Shown: positions 25,963 to 36,505 of the stretch, in pieces | Layout: the number at the start of each line of letters is the position of its first letter | How positions within the stretch are numbered: the stretch's first letter is position 1 | Origin: a bacterium | GTDB lineage: Bacteria > Bacillota > Clostridia > TANB77 > RGIG9151 | Length of the DNA stretch: 61,894 bases | Assembly (NCBI GenBank): GCA_963635575.1 | Contig: CAVHFU010000004.1 | Span: 1-61,894, forward strand | Direction of reading: 5' to 3' | Notes under the pieces: model-generated | Databases searched by the model: none | The model's input: only the letters and a program-made list of their open reading frames with translations | What the model was told of the DNA's origin: nothing | Program-made: the position numbers and the translations under genes

Positions 25963-28900
25963 ATGTATAAAAAGGTTAGTACAAGTTTGAATTTTGTTGA
26001 CAATGAGTTGGCAACAGAAAAATTTTGGAAAGAGAATGAAGTTTTTAAGAAAAGTAATGAATTAAGAGAAGGATGCCCTTCTTTTACATTCTTTGATGGA
26101 CCGCCAACAGCTAACGGTAAGCCTCATATCGGACACGTTTTAACACGTGCTATTAAAGACTTAATTCCAAGATACAAGACTATGAAAGGTTATAGTGTAC
26201 TTAGAAAAGCAGGTTGGGATACACACGGATTACCTGTTGAACTAGAGGTTGAAAAGTCTTTAGGACTTGATGGAAAGCCACAAATTGAAAAGTACGGAAT
26301 TGAACCTTTTATTAAAAAGTGTAAAGAAAGTGTTTGGAAGTATAAAGGCGAATGGGAGAAAATGAGTGATAGAGTAGGATATTGGGCTGATATGGAAGAT
26401 CCATATGTTACTTACCACGATAACTATATTGAGTCTGAATGGTGGGCAATCAAGCAGATTCAAGATAAAGGATTATTGTATAAGGGCCATAAAATTGTGC
26501 CTTATTGCCCTAGATGCGGAACATCTTTGTCTAGTCACGAAGTTGCACAAGGATATAAAGATGTAAAAGAAAAATCTGCTGTTGTAAGATTTAGAGTTCC
26601 AAGCCAAGAAAACACATATATTATGGCATGGACAACAACACCTTGGACATTACCTTCTAACGTTGCACTTGCAGTTAACCCTGATGAAACCTATGTTAAA
26701 GTAAAGTATCCTAAGTGCGAATGTGGACATAATCATGAAGGTGAATATGCAATTTTGGCGGAAGCCTTAGTTGAAAGTATTTTCGGTGAACCTTGTGAAG
26801 TTGTTCAAAAATGGACAGGAAGCGAATTAAAAGGTTTAGAGTATGAACCTTTATATAGCTTTACTAAGTTAAATAAAAAAGCTTACTATGTCGTTGCTGA
26901 CGGATATGTAACACTAACAGATGGTACTGGTATTGTTCACATCGCACCTGCATTTGGTGAAGATGATGCTAGAGTAGGAAGAGATAACAATTTGCCTTTC
27001 TTACAATTAGTAGATGAACAAGGTAAGTTAACTCCTGAAACCGGAGATTGGGCAGGTACATTTGTAAAAGATGCAGATAAGCTAGTACTAAAAGACTTGG
27101 AAGAAAGAGGTCTTTTGGTTGCTGCACCTGATTATGAACACTCATATCCTTTCTGTTGGAGATGTGATACACCGCTTATTTACTATGCAAGAGAGACTTG
27201 GTTCATTAAGATGACTGCTGTTAGAGATAAATTAATTAAGAATAACAGACAAATTAATTGGTTACCTGAAACTATTAAAGAAGGTCGTATGGGCAACTTC
27301 CTAGAGAATGTTATTGACTGGGGACTTAGCCGTTCACGTTATTGGGGAACTCCACTTCCTGTTTGGGAATGCGATTGCGGACACTACGAAGTTATCGGAA
27401 GTAGAACAGAACTAAAAGAAAAAGCTATTGAAGAAGTGCCTAATGATTTGGAGCTTCACAAGCCATATATAGATAAATTTCATCTAAAATGCCCTTGCTG
27501 CGGTAAGGAAATGAGGAGGGTAAGCGATGTTTTAGACTGTTGGTTTGATTCGGGTTCTATGCCGTTTGCACAATGGCACTACCCATTTGAAAACAAGGAT
27601 AAGTTTGAAAGAAACTTCCCAGCCCAATTTATAAGTGAGGCTGTTGACCAAACAAGAGGCTGGTTCTATACATTACTTGCTATTTCTACATTGTTGTTTG
27701 ATACTAATCCGTTTGAAAATTGTATAGTTTTAGGTCTAGTACAAGATAAAGACGGTCAAAAAATGAGTAAACATAAGGGAAATGTTGTTGATGTATGGAG
27801 CGTACTAGATAAACAAGGCGCTGATGCTATTCGTTGGTTCTTCTATACAAATAGTGCTCCTTGGTTACCAAACAGATTTTACGAGGAAGCAATTTCAGAA
27901 TCGCAAAGAAAGTTTATGGGAACTTTATGGAATACTTATGCATTCTATGTTTTATATGCAGATATAGACAAGTTTGACCCAAGTAAGTACACACTTGACT
28001 ATTCTAAGTTGTCTGAAATGGATAAATGGATTTTGTCTAAGTTAAATACACTTGTAAAGACTGTCGATGAAAACTTATCTAATTATAGGATTACAGAAGC
28101 AGGACGTGCTGCTGAGGACTTTGTTGATGAGTTAAGTAACTGGTATGTAAGACGTAGCCGTGAGAGATTTTGGCAAAGTGATATGCCTCAAGACAAGATA
28201 AATGCATATATGACATTGTATACAGTTCTATCAACTGTTACTAAGACAATGGCACCATTTATTCCATATATGACTGAGGAAATTTACCAAAATATCGAAA
28301 GACCATTCTTTGCAAATTCGCCAATAAGTGTTCACTTATGTGATTTCCCTAAGGTAAACACAGAATGGATAAATGAAAAACTTGAAGAAGATATGGAGCT
28401 TATCTTAAAGATTGTTACAGAGGGAAGAGCTGCTAGAAACGGAGCTAATATTAAGAATCGTCAACCTTTATCTAAGCTATATGTTAAGGCATATAAAGAA
28501 CTTAGCGGAGAGCATAAGAATATAGTTGAAGAAGAACTTAATGTTAAAGAAGTTGAATTTACTAAAGATATTGATGCCTTTGCAAGTTACAGTATTAAGC
28601 CTAACCTAAAAACAGTCGGACCTAAGTATGGTAAGTTATTAAATGCAATAAGAGAAGAACTTCCAAAAGCTAATGGTAGCCAAATTGTAAAAGAATTAAA
28701 TGCAAACGGCAAAGTTGAGCTTACAATTAACGGAGAAAAGGTTTCTTTTGTTGCTGAAGATTTATTAATTGAAGCTGCTAAGGGTTCTAGATATGCAACA
28801 GTTCAAGACGGAGATGTTACTGTTGTATTAGATACAGAGTTAAACGAAGAATTAATTGAAGAAGGATATATTCGTGAACTTGTAAGTAAGATTCAAAACA

Positions 28901-29109
28901 TGAGAAAAGAAGCAGGATTTGAAGTTCAAGATTATATCGATGTATATTACACAGCCGAAGGAAAAATACTTGATGTAATTAAGAGAAATGAAAAAGAAAT
29001 TGCATCTGAAGTTTTAGGAAAGAGTATTTCAGAAGGCAGTGGAGAAGGATTTAGTAAGGAACTTGATATTAACGGACTTAAAGTTAATGTTACAGTAAAT
29101 AATAAGTAA
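25963..29109 (+). CDS. ileS: isoleucine--tRNA ligase (long, type-2-like form, 1048 aa)
   Basis: PHIGH and KMSKH class I motifs. AGGAGGAAG RBS before ATG 25963. The track start at 25882 reads through the T-box terminator. Confidence 0.95.
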   Translation: MYKKVSTSLNFVDNELATEKFWKENEVFKKSNELREGCPSFTFFDGPPTANGKPHIGHVLTRAIKDLIPRYKTMKGYSVLRKAGWDTHGLPVELEVEKSLGLDGKPQIEKYGIEPFIKKCKESVWKYKGEWEKMSDRVGYWADMEDPYVTYHDNYIESEWWAIKQIQDKGLLYKGHKIVPYCPRCGTSLSSHEVAQGYKDVKEKSAVVRFRVPSQENTYIMAWTTTPWTLPSNVALAVNPDETYVKVKYPKCECGHNHEGEYAILAEALVESIFGEPCEVVQKWTGSELKGLEYEPLYSFTKLNKKAYYVVADGYVTLTDGTGIVHIAPAFGEDDARVGRDNNLPFLQLVDEQGKLTPETGDWAGTFVKDADKLVLKDLEERGLLVAAPDYEHSYPFCWRCDTPLIYYARETWFIKMTAVRDKLIKNNRQINWLPETIKEGRMGNFLENVIDWGLSRSRYWGTPLPVWECDCGHYEVIGSRTELKEKAIEEVPNDLELHKPYIDKFHLKCPCCGKEMRRVSDVLDCWFDSGSMPFAQWHYPFENKDKFERNFPAQFISEAVDQTRGWFYTLLAISTLLFDTNPFENCIVLGLVQDKDGQKMSKHKGNVVDVWSVLDKQGADAIRWFFYTNSAPWLPNRFYEEAISESQRKFMGTLWNTYAFYVLYADIDKFDPSKYTLDYSKLSEMDKWILSKLNTLVKTVDENLSNYRITEAGRAAEDFVDELSNWYVRRSRERFWQSDMPQDKINAYMTLYTVLSTVTKTMAPFIPYMTEEIYQNIERPFFANSPISVHLCDFPKVNTEWINEKLEEDMELILKIVTEGRAARNGANIKNRQPLSKLYVKAYKELSGEHKNIVEEELNVKEVEFTKDIDAFASYSIKPNLKTVGPKYGKLLNAIREELPKANGSQIVKELNANGKVELTINGEKVSFVAEDLLIEAAKGSRYATVQDGDVTVVLDTELNEELIEEGYIRELVSKIQNMRKEAGFEVQDYIDVYYTAEGKILDVIKRNEKEIASEVLGKSISEGSGEGFSKELDINGLKVNVTVNNK

Positions 29110-29112
29110 TAC

Positions 29113-29152
29113 AAAAAAGATATGCCCTAGAAATAAGGACATATCTTTTTTA
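29113..29152. terminator. bidirectional terminator
   Basis: AAAAAAGATATGCCC...GGACATATCTTTTTT. Confidence 0.8.
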
Positions 29153-29893
29153 TTACTTTGCACTATTTTCCAATTCAATAAGCTTGTTTACAGCGATAAT
29201 TGCATTAGAAATCATTTCATCATCCGGTTCTTTTGTTACGATTTTTTCTTGGCAGAACTTGCCTATGCTATATGCATATTTTAAAATAGGTTTGTGTTCA
29301 CCGTCTTTTACAGTAAATATTTCATAAGCGATTGCATAACATAATGGGATGAAGAAAGTCCAATGGGGAACGAATATGACAAACAACATTATTATAAGGA
29401 TGCAGAATATAACAAATATACTTCCACACCTTGTGTTGTAGCAAGGTTCGTTTCGTACGTTAAATAGCGTAAGTTCATTTCCGTTTTGCAGTGCGTTAAT
29501 TACTTTATGCTCGGCACCATGGTACATACTTGTTTTACGAGGATTTCCCCAAACCTTTAGCACAGCGATACCCAATATTACAATGAGGATAGCAAGTACG
29601 GGAAATGATATTGAGGCAAGTATGGTTGCAGTTGCTTTAGCAGTAATAATATTAAAAAGTTCAATGATTGTTTGCAAAATCCAAATTAATGCTAAGTACT
29701 CGGAGCTAAAGAATGTTATAAATCCTCGTATTAAAAAGATATTACATTTTGCACTTTTGGTTGAAATGCTGCTAAGCTTTTTTGAAGTATACTCAATACT
29801 CCCGTTTGATTTTTCATTCATTTCTAATTTGTAATGCTTGGAATAAAATGTTATTCCGTCTTTGCGGGATGAAGCGGACGTGACTACACACAT
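29153..29893 (-). CDS. DUF1385 (YqhQ-like) membrane protein
   Basis: YHGAEHKVINAL motif plus TM segments. Confidence 0.65.
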   Translation of the reverse strand: MCVVTSASSRKDGITFYSKHYKLEMNEKSNGSIEYTSKKLSSISTKSAKCNIFLIRGFITFFSSEYLALIWILQTIIELFNIITAKATATILASISFPVLAILIVILGIAVLKVWGNPRKTSMYHGAEHKVINALQNGNELTLFNVRNEPCYNTRCGSIFVIFCILIIMLFVIFVPHWTFFIPLCYAIAYEIFTVKDGEHKPILKYAYSIGKFCQEKIVTKEPDDEMISNAIIAVNKLIELENSAK

Positions 29894-30005
29894 AGGTGTT
29901 CTCCTTTCAAATACCGAAATCTTAATTGTGATTTCTATTTATATGCTTTAATAACATAAATAGTATACATATAAATAACTTCAAAGTCAATATCCTTAAA
30001 TATAC

Positions 30006-30033
30006 ACACTTTTACAATGATGCTCATATTATA
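30006..30033 (+). promoter_or_regulatory. sigmaK-like promoter candidate (AC-N15/17-CATATTATA)
   Basis: CATATTATA at 30025-30033 fits the Bacillus sigmaK -10 CATAnnnTA, with AC dinucleotides at 30006-30009. It lies 44 nt upstream of the Cys-rich ORF. Confidence 0.3.
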
Positions 30034-30076
30034 AAGTGTGAAGGCATTCACAAAATAAAGTAAGGAGTGGATTTTA

Positions 30077-30349
30077 ATGGGATGTGAAGAAATGAAAAGA
30101 GAGTGCGATTGTTCTCGTTTTTTCCCGGATAATATAGAGGAATTGCTTTGTAAATTAGTATGTGAACATGTTGTTTTAACTTTCAAAAATGGCGGTAAGG
30201 AAAGAGTTAAAATAGAGTGTGTTTCCGGTCATTTACTTGTAGTAAAAGATGAATGTAATTTCAGATTTATAAATATTGATTGCATTTGCAGTGTAGCGGT
30301 ATCCTGCGACACAATATTAAATGCAATAATTGGTAGTCCTTGCAAATAG
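30077..30349 (+). CDS. cysteine-rich 90-aa protein (11 Cys), possible spore coat/exosporium component
   Basis: AAGGAG lies 9 nt upstream and the terminator at 30375-30408 follows. No family recognised. Confidence 0.6.
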   Translation: MGCEEMKRECDCSRFFPDNIEELLCKLVCEHVVLTFKNGGKERVKIECVSGHLLVVKDECNFRFINIDCICSVAVSCDTILNAIIGSPCK

Positions 30350-30374
30350 GGCAATTTACTATATTTCAGAAATG

Positions 30375-30408
30375 AGTAACCTCAGTTTTTAGCTGAGGTT
30401 ATTTTTTG
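30375..30408 (+). terminator. rho-independent terminator
   Basis: TAACCTCAG-N7-CTGAGGTTA followed by TTTTTT. Confidence 0.85.
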
Positions 30409-30499
30409 CTATTTAATAGAGAAATTTATTTGATATTTTTACTTGTGTTTGTAAATGATATGTGATAGATTATTCCTGTATACAAGGGAGGAATTTATT

Positions 30500-33256
30500 G
30501 TGAATATAATTGAAAAAATTATTGGCACATATAGCCAAAGAGAATTAAAAAGAATAACTCCGATAGTTGAAGAGGTTATGGCACTAGAGGATAAATATAC
30601 AGCTTTATCTGAAGAAGAATTAAAGGGAAAAACTAAAGAATTAAAAGAAAGATTAAATAACGGCGAAACATTAGATGACATATTGCCTGATGCTTTTGCA
30701 ACAATGCGTGAAGCAGCATGGCGTGTCCTTGGTATGAAACACTTTAGAGTTCAAGTTATAGGTGGTATTATTTTGCACCAAGGAAGAATAGCTGAAATGC
30801 GTACTGGTGAAGGTAAAACTTTAGTTGCAACTTTGCCTGTTTACTTAAATGCGTTAACCGGAAAAGGTGTTCATGTAATTACTGTTAACGATTACTTGGC
30901 TAAACGTGATAGTGACTGGATGGGAAAGGTTTATAAATATTTAGGGTTAACAGTTGGACTTGTAATTCATGGAATGGATCATGCTGCTAAAAAAGCTGCA
31001 TACGATTGTGATATTACTTACGGAACTAATAACGAATTTGGATTTGATTATTTAAGAGATAATATGGTTAGAACTAGAGCAGATATGGTTCAAAGAGAAC
31101 TGCATTATGCGATAGTCGATGAAGTAGATAGTATTTTAGTCGATGAAGCTAGAACACCGCTTATTATTTCTGCACCTGCCGAAAAATCTACCGATATGTA
31201 TAAAATGGCTGATAGGTTTGTTAGAACATTAAAGCCTAAGATTATAGTTGAGTCTGATGAAAAAGAAATTGATGATGGTGATAACATCGGAGATGACTAT
31301 GACTATATTATAGATTTAAAGGCAAATACAGCTACACTTGTATCACGTGGAACTAAGAAGGCGGAGCAATATTTTAATATTGAGAACTTGGCTGACTCTG
31401 AAAATGGTACAATTGCTCATCATATAAACCAAGCATTAAAAGCTCATGGAATTATGAAAAATGAGAAAGATTACGTTATAAAAGATGGCCAAATTATAAT
31501 TGTTGATGAATTTACCGGAAGACTTATGTTTGGAAGAAGATATAACGAAGGACTTCACCAAGCTATCGAAGCAAAGGAAGGTTTGCAAGTTCAAAATGAA
31601 AGTAGAACATTAGCTACAATTACATTCCAAAATTATTTTAGAATGTATGAAAAGTTATCCGGTATGACAGGTACAGCAATGACCGAAGAACAAGAATTTC
31701 AAGATATATATAAGTTAGATGTTATAGAAATACCTACAAACCGTCCTATGATAAGACGTGACTTAAATGATGTTGTATATAGAACTGAAAAAGGTAAGTT
31801 TAGGGCAGTTGTAGAAGAAATAAAGAAGAGTCACGAAAAAGGTCAACCGGTATTAGTTGGTACGATTACTATTGAAAAATCTGAAGAATTAAGCGGAATG
31901 TTAAAACGTGAAGGAATAAAGCATGAAGTGTTAAATGCTAAGTACCATGAAAAAGAAGCACAAATCATTTCACAAGCCGGAAAATATGGTGCAGTTACAA
32001 TTGCAACAAACATGGCTGGACGTGGTACAGATATTATGCTTGGCGGTAACTCGGAATATTTAGCAAAGCAAGAAATGAAAAAACAAGGTTTCTCGGATGA
32101 AATGATTGTTGAAGCTACCGGTTTTGCTGAAACAGATAATCAAGAAATAATAGATGCAAGAAAGGCTTTTACTAAGTTAAATGATGAATATAAGGCTAAA
32201 ATCGAAGAAGAAAGAGCGAAGGTTGTTGAAGCAGGAGGACTTAAGGTCATAGGAACAGAAAGGCATGAGAGTCGAAGAATAGATAACCAGTTGCGTGGAC
32301 GTGCCGGACGTCAGGGAGATCCTGGAGAAAGCAGATTCTTTATTTCTCTTGAGGATGACTTGATGAAGTTGTTCGGTGGAGATAGGATTCTAAACATGGT
32401 TAATGCCATTGGAGGAGCTGAAATGGAAGATAATGTTCCTATTGAAATGGGTATCATATCAAGTTCTATTGAAAATGCTCAAAAGAAAGTTGAAGGCAGA
32501 AACTTCTCAATTCGTAAACATGTATTACAATATGATGATGTTATGAATTTGCAGAGAGATTTGATTTACAAGGATAGAAGAAAAGTATTATTCGGCGAGA
32601 GTGTATCTGATAACATCAAGAAAATGGTGCAAACCGTTGCAAGTGATGTTGTTGCAAGATTTACTACTGAGAAATATGTTGAGGATTGGGATTTTGAAGG
32701 TTTAAGAGCTAGAGTTGAATACATTTACAATATTCCTGACTTTACAGTAGAAAAAGAGGAAATGAATGGACTTACTCAACAAGACTTAATAGAAAAATTG
32801 ACTGACAGAGTAATGAAAATTTATGAAGATAAAGAGTCTGAATTCGGAACAGAGACATTTAACAACATTGAAAGAGATGTACTACTTAGTGTTGTAGATG
32901 AGCATTGGATGGATCATATCGATGCTATGGAACAGCTAAAACGTGGAATTTCAATTCGCGGTTATGCACAAAGAGACCCTGTCATAGAATATAAATTTGA
33001 AGGAAATCAAATGTTTGAGGAAATGATAAATTCTATACAAGAAAATGTTACAAGAGTAATGTTCCACATTAGAATTGACAGGATCCCTGTAAGAAGTAAG
33101 CAAGGCCTTAGAGTTATGAACGAATCAAGAGGTGAAGACGGAGAATCTCCTAAGAAACCTGTAACAGCCAAGAAGGAAGATACAATAGGCAGAAATGACC
33201 CATGTCCTTGCGGAAGTGGCAAAAAGTATAAGAAATGTTGCGGAAAAGACGCATAG
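30500..33256 (+). CDS. secA: preprotein translocase ATPase SecA
   Basis: MRTGEGKTL Walker [20 protein letters not shown]-terminal zinc finger [17 protein letters not shown] 30500 lies 8 nt after GGGAGG. Confidence 0.95.
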   Translation: MNIIEKIIGTYSQRELKRITPIVEEVMALEDKYTALSEEELKGKTKELKERLNNGETLDDILPDAFATMREAAWRVLGMKHFRVQVIGGIILHQGRIAEMRTGEGKTLVATLPVYLNALTGKGVHVITVNDYLAKRDSDWMGKVYKYLGLTVGLVIHGMDHAAKKAAYDCDITYGTNNEFGFDYLRDNMVRTRADMVQRELHYAIVDEVDSILVDEARTPLIISAPAEKSTDMYKMADRFVRTLKPKIIVESDEKEIDDGDNIGDDYDYIIDLKANTATLVSRGTKKAEQYFNIENLADSENGTIAHHINQALKAHGIMKNEKDYVIKDGQIIIVDEFTGRLMFGRRYNEGLHQAIEAKEGLQVQNESRTLATITFQNYFRMYEKLSGMTGTAMTEEQEFQDIYKLDVIEIPTNRPMIRRDLNDVVYRTEKGKFRAVVEEIKKSHEKGQPVLVGTITIEKSEELSGMLKREGIKHEVLNAKYHEKEAQIISQAGKYGAVTIATNMAGRGTDIMLGGNSEYLAKQEMKKQGFSDEMIVEATGFAETDNQEIIDARKAFTKLNDEYKAKIEEERAKVVEAGGLKVIGTERHESRRIDNQLRGRAGRQGDPGESRFFISLEDDLMKLFGGDRILNMVNAIGGAEMEDNVPIEMGIISSSIENAQKKVEGRNFSIRKHVLQYDDVMNLQRDLIYKDRRKVLFGESVSDNIKKMVQTVASDVVARFTTEKYVEDWDFEGLRARVEYIYNIPDFTVEKEEMNGLTQQDLIEKLTDRVMKIYEDKESEFGTETFNNIERDVLLSVVDEHWMDHIDAMEQLKRGISIRGYAQRDPVIEYKFEGNQMFEEMINSIQENVTRVMFHIRIDRIPVRSKQGLRVMNESRGEDGESPKKPVTAKKEDTIGRNDPCPCGSGKKYKKCCGKDA

Positions 33257-33273
33257 AATTTAAAAATGATACA

Positions 33274-33316
33274 AAAAAAGGTGTAAACAGAAGATAAAAT
33301 GTTTACACCTTTTAAA
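33274..33316 (+). terminator. rho-independent terminator
   Basis: AAAGGTGTAAAC-N12-GTTTACACCTTT followed by TAAAA. Confidence 0.75.
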
Positions 33317-33363
33317 ATAATAAAGCAAACAGCATAACTATTTAAAGTTTAGGAGATGATTTA

Positions 33364-33846
33364 ATGAAGGTAATAGAATATGACAATAAATACTTAGAAG
33401 ACATTAAAGATTTACTTACCGAACTTGAAGAATATATTGTTTCTATCGATAAAGATAATTTGGATATTGCTCATACTGAGTACCACGAAAAAATGGCATT
33501 AGTAGACTTAGAAGATGTTAGAAATAATAATGGAAAATGCTATATAGCTGTGGAAAATGATAAGGCGGTCGGCATGATAATGGGAATTATACCTAGCTAC
33601 GATAAATATGATTACTTGGACTATAAATGTCCAAAAAAAGGTGCAATAACAGAACTTATTGTCACTTCGAAAATTAGAAGTAATGGAATAGGGAAAAAAC
33701 TGATGGACGAGATGGAAAACTATTTTAGAAATAATAATTGTGAATATGTGTTGGTTGATGTATTTGCGTATAATGAGAATGCCATAAATTTTTACGAAAG
33801 AAAAGGCTACCATCCAAGAATGTATACAGATATAAAAAAGCTATGA
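33364..33846 (+). CDS. GNAT family N-acetyltransferase
   Basis: Acetyl-CoA loop IRSNGIGKKLMDEM and ..NENAINFYERKGY. The TGA stop (33844-33846) is the first three bases of MITE-like copy B. Confidence 0.85.
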   Translation: MKVIEYDNKYLEDIKDLLTELEEYIVSIDKDNLDIAHTEYHEKMALVDLEDVRNNNGKCYIAVENDKAVGMIMGIIPSYDKYDYLDYKCPKKGAITELIVTSKIRSNGIGKKLMDEMENYFRNNNCEYVLVDVFAYNENAINFYERKGYHPRMYTDIKKL

Positions 33847-33947
33847 CCAAAAGGGACAGGTCTTTTGAGTTGAAATCTTGAAAGAGCGATTATATCTAAA
33901 GCGTAGCCGATAATTTCTTTGACCAAAAAGAACCGTCCCTTTTGGGT
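33844..33947 (-). repeat. MITE-like ~105-bp element, copy B (inverted relative to copy A)
   Basis: Ends are TGACCAAAAGGGACAGGTC ... GACCAAAAAGAACCGTCCCTTTTGGGT. Confidence 0.8.
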
Positions 33948-34016
33948 TATTTGACATTTTGGGAGTATAGTTATATACTACATTTGGAGTAGGGGTACGA
34001 AAGGGAGATTTTACTT

Positions 34017-36029
34017 ATGGAGCAAGAAAACAAGCGTTTTTCTAATAAATTGGTTTCTAAAGATTGGCTGTATTTAACAGTAATTTTTATATTGATGGGA
34101 ATTTTGAGTATGCTAAATCATAACTTTGCCATTCCGGCTTATGTTTTTTGGTTTTTGTTACTGTTTTATTCCTTATATTCTAATGGGAAAAAGCGTCAAG
34201 AGATAGAAAGCCATATAGAGAACCTTACTTTCAATATGGATTCTGTTACTAAAGATACATTGCTAAATTTCCCATTGCCAATGCTTACTCTGGAACTAAA
34301 CGGAATTATTGTATGGCATAATTTATTATTTCAAAAGCTAATTGGTGAAGAAGGCTTAGTGGAAAGATATATTTACGACTATATTGAAGAATTACGTCCT
34401 GAAAATTTAATAAAAAATGGTAAGATTTTGCCTATAACTTTAGAGATAAAAGATAAGGCGTATAAAGTGCTTGGGAATTTAGTTAGAACTAATGCAAAGG
34501 GAGAGAAGGAGCATTTAACTCTTTCGTTATACTTTATTGATATAACTGATTATAATGAGTTGCAAAAACATCATTTGGCTTCTGAACCGGATGTAGGAAT
34601 TGCGATTATCGATAACTATGATGAACTTATGCAAAGCATAGATGAAACTGGCAGGTCTCAATTGCTTGCTGAAATCGACAAAAAGCTAAAGGGCTGGATG
34701 TCGTTTGCTAACGGTATAATTAGAAAATATGAAAGAGATAAGTACTTAATGCTTTTTGAATCTCAGTATTTATCCGAAATGGAAGAAAAGAAATTTGAAA
34801 TCTTGGATTTAGTGAAAGACATAGATATAGGTAATAAATTGCCTGTTACTTTAAGTATAGGTATTTCTGCACAAATGAGTGACTTCGCAGGTGGTATGAA
34901 GGAAGCTCTTGATGCTATTGAACTTGCTCAAGGTCGTGGCGGGGACCAGGTTGCTATTAATAGAGCTAATGAGTATAGTTTTTTTGGCGGACGAAGCAAG
35001 GAAATTGAAAAACGTACTCGTGTTAAAGCTCGTGTGATGGCGACTGCTTTGGAAAAACTTATTGAACAAAGTGAAAATGTAATGATTATGGGACATGCAA
35101 ATCCAGATGCTGATGCACTTGGTGCTGCACTTGGAATATTTAGGGTTGCACAATGCTTAAATAGAGAGGCTAATATCGTATTAAATGAAAGTAACTTTAA
35201 TATAAAAGATATAATGAATAAAATCGAAGTTTCTGGTCAATGCGAGGGAGCGTTTGTTAACAAGCATACCGCTATGGAGAAAACCGGCCCTGAGACTTTA
35301 TTAATTGTTGTTGATACTCATAGAGCATCTTTTACTGAAGCCCCGGAATTATTAGAAAAAACAAGTAAGATAGTTGTTATTGATCACCACAGAAAGGTTA
35401 CGGATTCCATAAATGATGCTATTTTGTCGTATCATGAGATATATGCATCTTCTACTTGTGAGCTTGTTACAGAGTTACTTCAATATATGGCAAAAAGGGT
35501 TGTTATACGTCAAATTGAGGCAGAGGCTTTATATGCAGGGATAATAATTGATACAAAGAATTTTACGTTTAAAACCGGCATAAGAACATTTGAAGCTGCT
35601 GCATTTTTAAAGAAATATGGTGTTGATACAATTGCAGTGAAACAATTATTCCAAGACGATATTGACACATATATGACAAAGGCTGAGATTGTTAAGAATG
35701 CTGAATTTTATAAAGGCGAAATTGCGATTTCAAGTTGCGATAAGGAGCTTATGAATGCAAGTTTGATTGTGGCACAGTCAGCTGATGAATTGCTTGATAT
35801 TAAGGGAATAAAGGCATCATTTGTACTTTCTCCACATGATGATAAAATTCTTATTAGTGGAAGATCACTTGGAGATATAAATGTTCAAATGGTTTTAGAG
35901 AAACTTGGCGGTGGTGGAAGTATGACTATTGCCGGTGCGCAAGTTCCTAATCTATCTATTGAGGAAGTAACAACTAAATTAAAAGAGGCTATTGATGAAT
36001 ATAAAGAAAGTTTAAATACCGGAGAATAG
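34017..36029 (+). CDS. gdpP: cyclic-di-AMP phosphodiesterase GdpP (TM-PAS-degenerate GGDEF-DHH/DHHA1)
   Basis: Two N-terminal TM segments; DHH motifs NPDADALG, VVDTH, VIDHH; DHHA1 region reads GGGGS. Synteny with rplI-dnaB. Confidence 0.85.
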   Translation: MEQENKRFSNKLVSKDWLYLTVIFILMGILSMLNHNFAIPAYVFWFLLLFYSLYSNGKKRQEIESHIENLTFNMDSVTKDTLLNFPLPMLTLELNGIIVWHNLLFQKLIGEEGLVERYIYDYIEELRPENLIKNGKILPITLEIKDKAYKVLGNLVRTNAKGEKEHLTLSLYFIDITDYNELQKHHLASEPDVGIAIIDNYDELMQSIDETGRSQLLAEIDKKLKGWMSFANGIIRKYERDKYLMLFESQYLSEMEEKKFEILDLVKDIDIGNKLPVTLSIGISAQMSDFAGGMKEALDAIELAQGRGGDQVAINRANEYSFFGGRSKEIEKRTRVKARVMATALEKLIEQSENVMIMGHANPDADALGAALGIFRVAQCLNREANIVLNESNFNIKDIMNKIEVSGQCEGAFVNKHTAMEKTGPETLLIVVDTHRASFTEAPELLEKTSKIVVIDHHRKVTDSINDAILSYHEIYASSTCELVTELLQYMAKRVVIRQIEAEALYAGIIIDTKNFTFKTGIRTFEAAAFLKKYGVDTIAVKQLFQDDIDTYMTKAEIVKNAEFYKGEIAISSCDKELMNASLIVAQSADELLDIKGIKASFVLSPHDDKILISGRSLGDINVQMVLEKLGGGGSMTIAGAQVPNLSIEEVTTKLKEAIDEYKESLNTGE

Positions 36030-36043
36030 GAAGGATGGGTTTT

Positions 36044-36490
36044 ATGAAAGTTATTTTGCAGAAAGATGTAAGGGCACTTGGTAAAAAAGGTGAAGTTGTT
36101 GAAGTTAGTGAAGGATATGCAAAAAACTTTTTACTAAAAGGCAAATTAGCTATTGAGGCTAACGCAAAAAATATGAATGTGTTAAAGACTCAAGAAGGCT
36201 CAAAGATGTATAAAAGAGAAAGGGATTTTGAGGAAGCACAAAAACTTGCAGAAAAAATGAAAGACATGAAACTTAGTTTTAAGGTTAAAGCCGGAGAGGG
36301 TGGAAAGCTTTTTGGTTCTGTTACTGCTAAGGATATTTCTGACAAGCTTTTAAGTGTTTATAAGATTGAAACAGATAAAAAGAAAGTTTATCTAGATGAC
36401 GCAATAAAGACCGCTGGTATCACAACGGTGGAAATTAAGCTTTTTGAGGGCGTTATTGCAAAAATTAAGGTGGAAGTTACTGCTGAATAA
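36044..36490 (+). CDS. rplI: 50S ribosomal protein L9
   Basis: MKVILQKDVRALGKKGEVVEVSEGYAKNFL. Confidence 0.95.
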   Translation: MKVILQKDVRALGKKGEVVEVSEGYAKNFLLKGKLAIEANAKNMNVLKTQEGSKMYKRERDFEEAQKLAEKMKDMKLSFKVKAGEGGKLFGSVTAKDISDKLLSVYKIETDKKKVYLDDAIKTAGITTVEIKLFEGVIAKIKVEVTAE

Positions 36491-36505
36491 TAAGCGGAGG
36501 TAATT

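Noticed and set aside
30455-30499. N-terminal extension of secA
   Set aside because: The conserved SecA N-terminus (NIIEKIIG..) begins at GTG 30500, 8 nt after GGGAGG.
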